From Euglena gracilis (Eukaryota): 64,000 bases of DNA. The notes beneath the pieces were generated by a model. The model ran no database searches and was not told where the DNA came from. It was given only the letters and a program-made list of their open reading frames with translations. Positions 60,567-64,000 of the stretch are shown here, piece after piece. Both the position numbers and the translations under genes were made by a program. Location of the stretch: assembly GCA_039621445.1 (NCBI GenBank), contig CP154954.1:35015703-35079702 (forward strand), written 5' to 3'. Positions within the stretch are counted from its first letter, which is position 1. Every line of letters starts with the position of its first letter.

Positions 60567-63500
60567 GGAGTAAGGCCCAATTTGGTCCATTTTTACATGG
60601 TAACCTGGGCTGACCTGGTAAATGTCCCCCGGAATGGTCGAATGCAACCTTCTAAATCTGCTCATTCCTTGCAACCAACCTTCCGACTGCATGTTTTTCT
60701 TACCATTAAACCACGACAATCATGAAACCAACGAGTCCCCTGACTTCGGAGGCCTCCTGGAACACCCATTCGGTAACTTGGAGTAAGGCCCAATTTGGTC
60801 CATTTTTACGTGGTAACCTGTGCTGACCTGGTAAATGTCCCCCGGAATGGTCGAATGCACCCATCTAAATCTGTTCACTTCTTGCAACCAACCTTTCGGC
60901 TGAATGTTTTTCTTACCATTAAACCAGGAAAATCATGAAACCAACGGGTCCCCTGACTTTGGAGGCCTCCTGGAACACCCATTCGGTTACTCGGAGTAAG
61001 GCCCAATTTGGTCCATTTTTACATGGTAACCTGGGCTGACCTGGTAAATGTCCCCCGGAATGGTCGAATGCACCCATCTAAATCTGCTCATTTCTTGCAA
61101 CCAACCTTCCGGCTGCATGTTTTTCTTACCATTAAACCACGACAATCATGAAAACAACGGGTCCCCTGACATGGAGTCCTCCTGGAACACCCATTCGGTT
61201 ACTCGGAGTAAGGCCCAATTTGGTCCATTTTTACATGGTAACCTGGGCTGACCTGGTAAATAAATGTCCCCCGGAATGGTCGAATGCACCCATCTAAATG
61301 TGCTCATTTCTTGCAACCAACCTTCCGGCTGCATGGTTTTCTTACCATTAAACCACGACAATCATGAAACCAACGGGTCCCCTGACTTTGGAGGCCTCCT
61401 GGAACACCCGTTCGGTTACTCGGAGTACGGCCCAATTTGGTCCATTTTTACATGGTAACCTGGGCTGACCTGGTAAATGTCCCCCGGAATGGTCGCATGC
61501 ACCCATCTAAATCTGCTCATTTCTTGCAACCAACCTTCCGGCTGCATGCTTTTCTTACCTTTAAACCACGACAATCATGAAACCAACGGGTCCCCTGACT
61601 TTGGAGGCCTCCTGGAACACCCGTTCGGTAACTCGGAGTACGGCCCAATTTGGTCCATTTTTACATGGTAACCTGGGCTGACCTGGTAAATGTCCCCCGG
61701 AATGGTCGAATGCACCCATCTAAATCTGCTCATTTCTTGCAACCAACCTTCCGGCTGCATGTTTTTCTTACCATTAAACCACGACAATCATGAAACCAAC
61801 GGGTCCCCTGACTTTGGAGGCCTCCTGGAACACCCATTGGGTTACTCGGAGTAAGGCCCAATTTGGTCCATTTTTACATGGTAACCTGGGCTGACCTGGT
61901 AAATGTTCCCCGGAATGGTCGAATGCACCCATCTAAATGTGCTCATTTCTTGCAACCAACCTTCCGGCTGCATGTTTTTCTTACCATTAAACCACGACAA
62001 TCATGAAACCAACGGGTCCCCTGACTTTGGAGGCCTCCTGGAACACCCATTCGGTAACTCGGAGTAAGGCCCAATTTGGTCCATTTTTACATGGTAACCT
62101 GGGCTGACCTGGTAAATGTCCCCCGGAATGGTCGAATGCACCCATCTAATTCTGCTCATTTCTTGCAACCAACCTTCCGGCTGCATGTTCTTCTTACCAT
62201 TAAACCACGACAATCATGAAACCAACGGGTCCCCTGACTTTGGGGGCCTCCTGGAACACACATTTGGTTACTCGGAGTAAGGCCGAATTTGGTCCATTTT
62301 TACATGGTAACCTGGGCTGACCTGGTAAATGTCCCCGGAATGGTCGAATGCACCCATCTAAATGTGCTCATTTCTTGCAACCAACCTTCCGGCTGCATGT
62401 TTTTCTTACCATTAAACCACGACAATCATGAAACCAACGGGTCCCCTGACTTTGGAGGCCTCCTGGAACACCCGTTCGGTAACTCGGAGTACGGCCCAAT
62501 TTGGTCCATTTTTACATGGTAACCTGGGCTGACCTGGTAAATGTCCCCCGGAATGGTCGAATGCACCCATCTAAATCTGCTCATTTCTTGCAACCAACCT
62601 TCCGGCTGCATGTTTTTCTTACCATTAAATCACGACAATCATGATACCAACGGGTCCCCTGACTTTGGAGGCCTCCTGGAACACCCATTCGGTAACTCGG
62701 AGTAAGGCCCAATTTGGTCCATTTTTACATGGTAACCTGGGCTGACCTGGTAAATGTCCCCCGGAATGGTCGAATGCACCCATCTAAATCTGCTCATTTC
62801 TTGCAACCAACCTTCCGGCTGCATGTTTTTCTTACCATTAAACCACGACAATCATGAAACCAACGGGTCCCCTGACTTTGGAGGCCTCCTGGAACACCCA
62901 TTCGGTTACTCGGAGTAAGGCCCAATTTGGTCCATTTTTACATGGTAACCTGGGCTGACCTGGTAAATGTCCCCCGGAATGGTCGAATGCACCCATCTAA
63001 ATCTGCTCATTTTTTGCAACCAACATTCCCGCTGCATGTTTTTCTTACCATTAAACCACGACAATCATGAAACCAACGGGTCCCCTGACTTTGGAGGCCT
63101 CCTGGAACACCCATTCGGTTACTCGGAGTAAGGCCCAATTTGGTCCATTTTTACATGGTAACCTGGGCTGACCTGGTAAATGTCCCCCGGAATGGTCGAA
63201 TGCACCCATCTAAATCTGCTCATTTCTTGCAACCAACCTTCCGGCTGCATGTTTTCTTACCATTAAACCACGACAATCATGAAACCAACGGGTCCCCTGA
63301 CTTTGGAGGCCTCCTGGAACACCCATTCGGTTACTCGGAGTAAGGCCCAATTTGGTCCATTTTTACATGGTAACCTGGGCTGACCTGGTAAATGTCCCCC
63401 GGAATGGTCGAATGCACCCATCTAAATCTGCTCATTTCTTGCAACCAACCTTCCGGCTGCATGTTTTTCTTACCATTAAACCACGACAATCATGAAACCA

Positions 63501-64000
63501 ACGGGTCCCCTGACTTTGGAGGCCTCCTGGAACACCCATTCGGTTACTCGGAGTAAGGCCCAATTTGGTCCATTTTTACATGGTAACCTGGGCTGACCTG
63601 GTAAATGTCCCCCGGAATGGTCGAATGCACCCATCTAAATCTGCTCATTTCTTGCAACCAACCTTCCGGCTGCATGTTTTTCTTACCATTAAACCACGAC
63701 AATCATGAAACCAACGGGTCCCCTGACTTTGGAGGCCTCCTGGAACACCCATTCGGTTACTCGGAGTAAGGCCCAATTTGGTCCATTTTTACATGGTAAC
63801 CTGGGCTGACCTGGTAAATGTCCCCCGGAATGGTCGAATGCACCCATCTAAATCTGCTCATTTCTTGCAACCAACCTTCCCGCTGCATGTTTTTCTTACC
63901 ATTAAACCACGACAATCATGAAACCAACGGGTCCCCTGACTTTGGAGGCCTCCTGGAACACCCATTCGGTAACTCGGAGTAAGGCCCAATTTGGTCCATT
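60567..64000 (-). repeat. 213-bp satellite subfamily A in inverted orientation (about 16 monomers, runs off the window)
   Basis: Reverse-complement monomers beginning ggagtaaggcccaatttgg. Confidence 0.97.

Noticed and set aside
1-64000. CRISPR array interpretation of the repeats
   Set aside because: Monomers are contiguous 213-bp copies with no unique spacers, and no cas genes are present.

Overview
This is eukaryotic-type heterochromatic (possibly centromeric) DNA, and I find no ordinary host genes. About two thirds of the window is a tandem satellite with a 213-bp monomer in two subfamilies. Subfamily A occupies 1-1574, 11516-27314, 29740-36718 and 53423-59865, and is inverted at 60567-64000. 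Subfamily B occupies 1575-10769 and is about 85% identical to A with no indels. Five inserts interrupt the array. (1) A 16.7-kb Ty3/Gypsy chromovirus-like LTR retrotransposon on the minus strand (36719-53422). It has 411-bp near-identical LTRs, a CATTT target-site duplication, a tRNA-iMet-type PBS, a PPT, a very long frameshifted gag and a degenerate protease. Its pol carries a DIRS/Dam-like N6-adenine methyltransferase-like domain in front of RT-RNaseH-integrase-chromodomain, and an intact extra 1866-aa ORF follows pol. (2) A truncated related element (LTR plus two PBS-like motifs) at the B/A boundary. (3) A 2.4-kb unclassified insert with nested inverted repeats at the centre of a palindrome in the monomer. 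(4) A 701-bp inverted partial copy of that insert, sitting exactly where the array switches strand. (5) A 76-bp foreign insert. The best candidate for a novel system is the satellite-embedded retrotransposon, which combines a putative DNA-methylation writer, a chromatin reader and a giant accessory ORF. All domain calls come from reading motifs by eye. No database search was run, and the host organism cannot be identified from this window.
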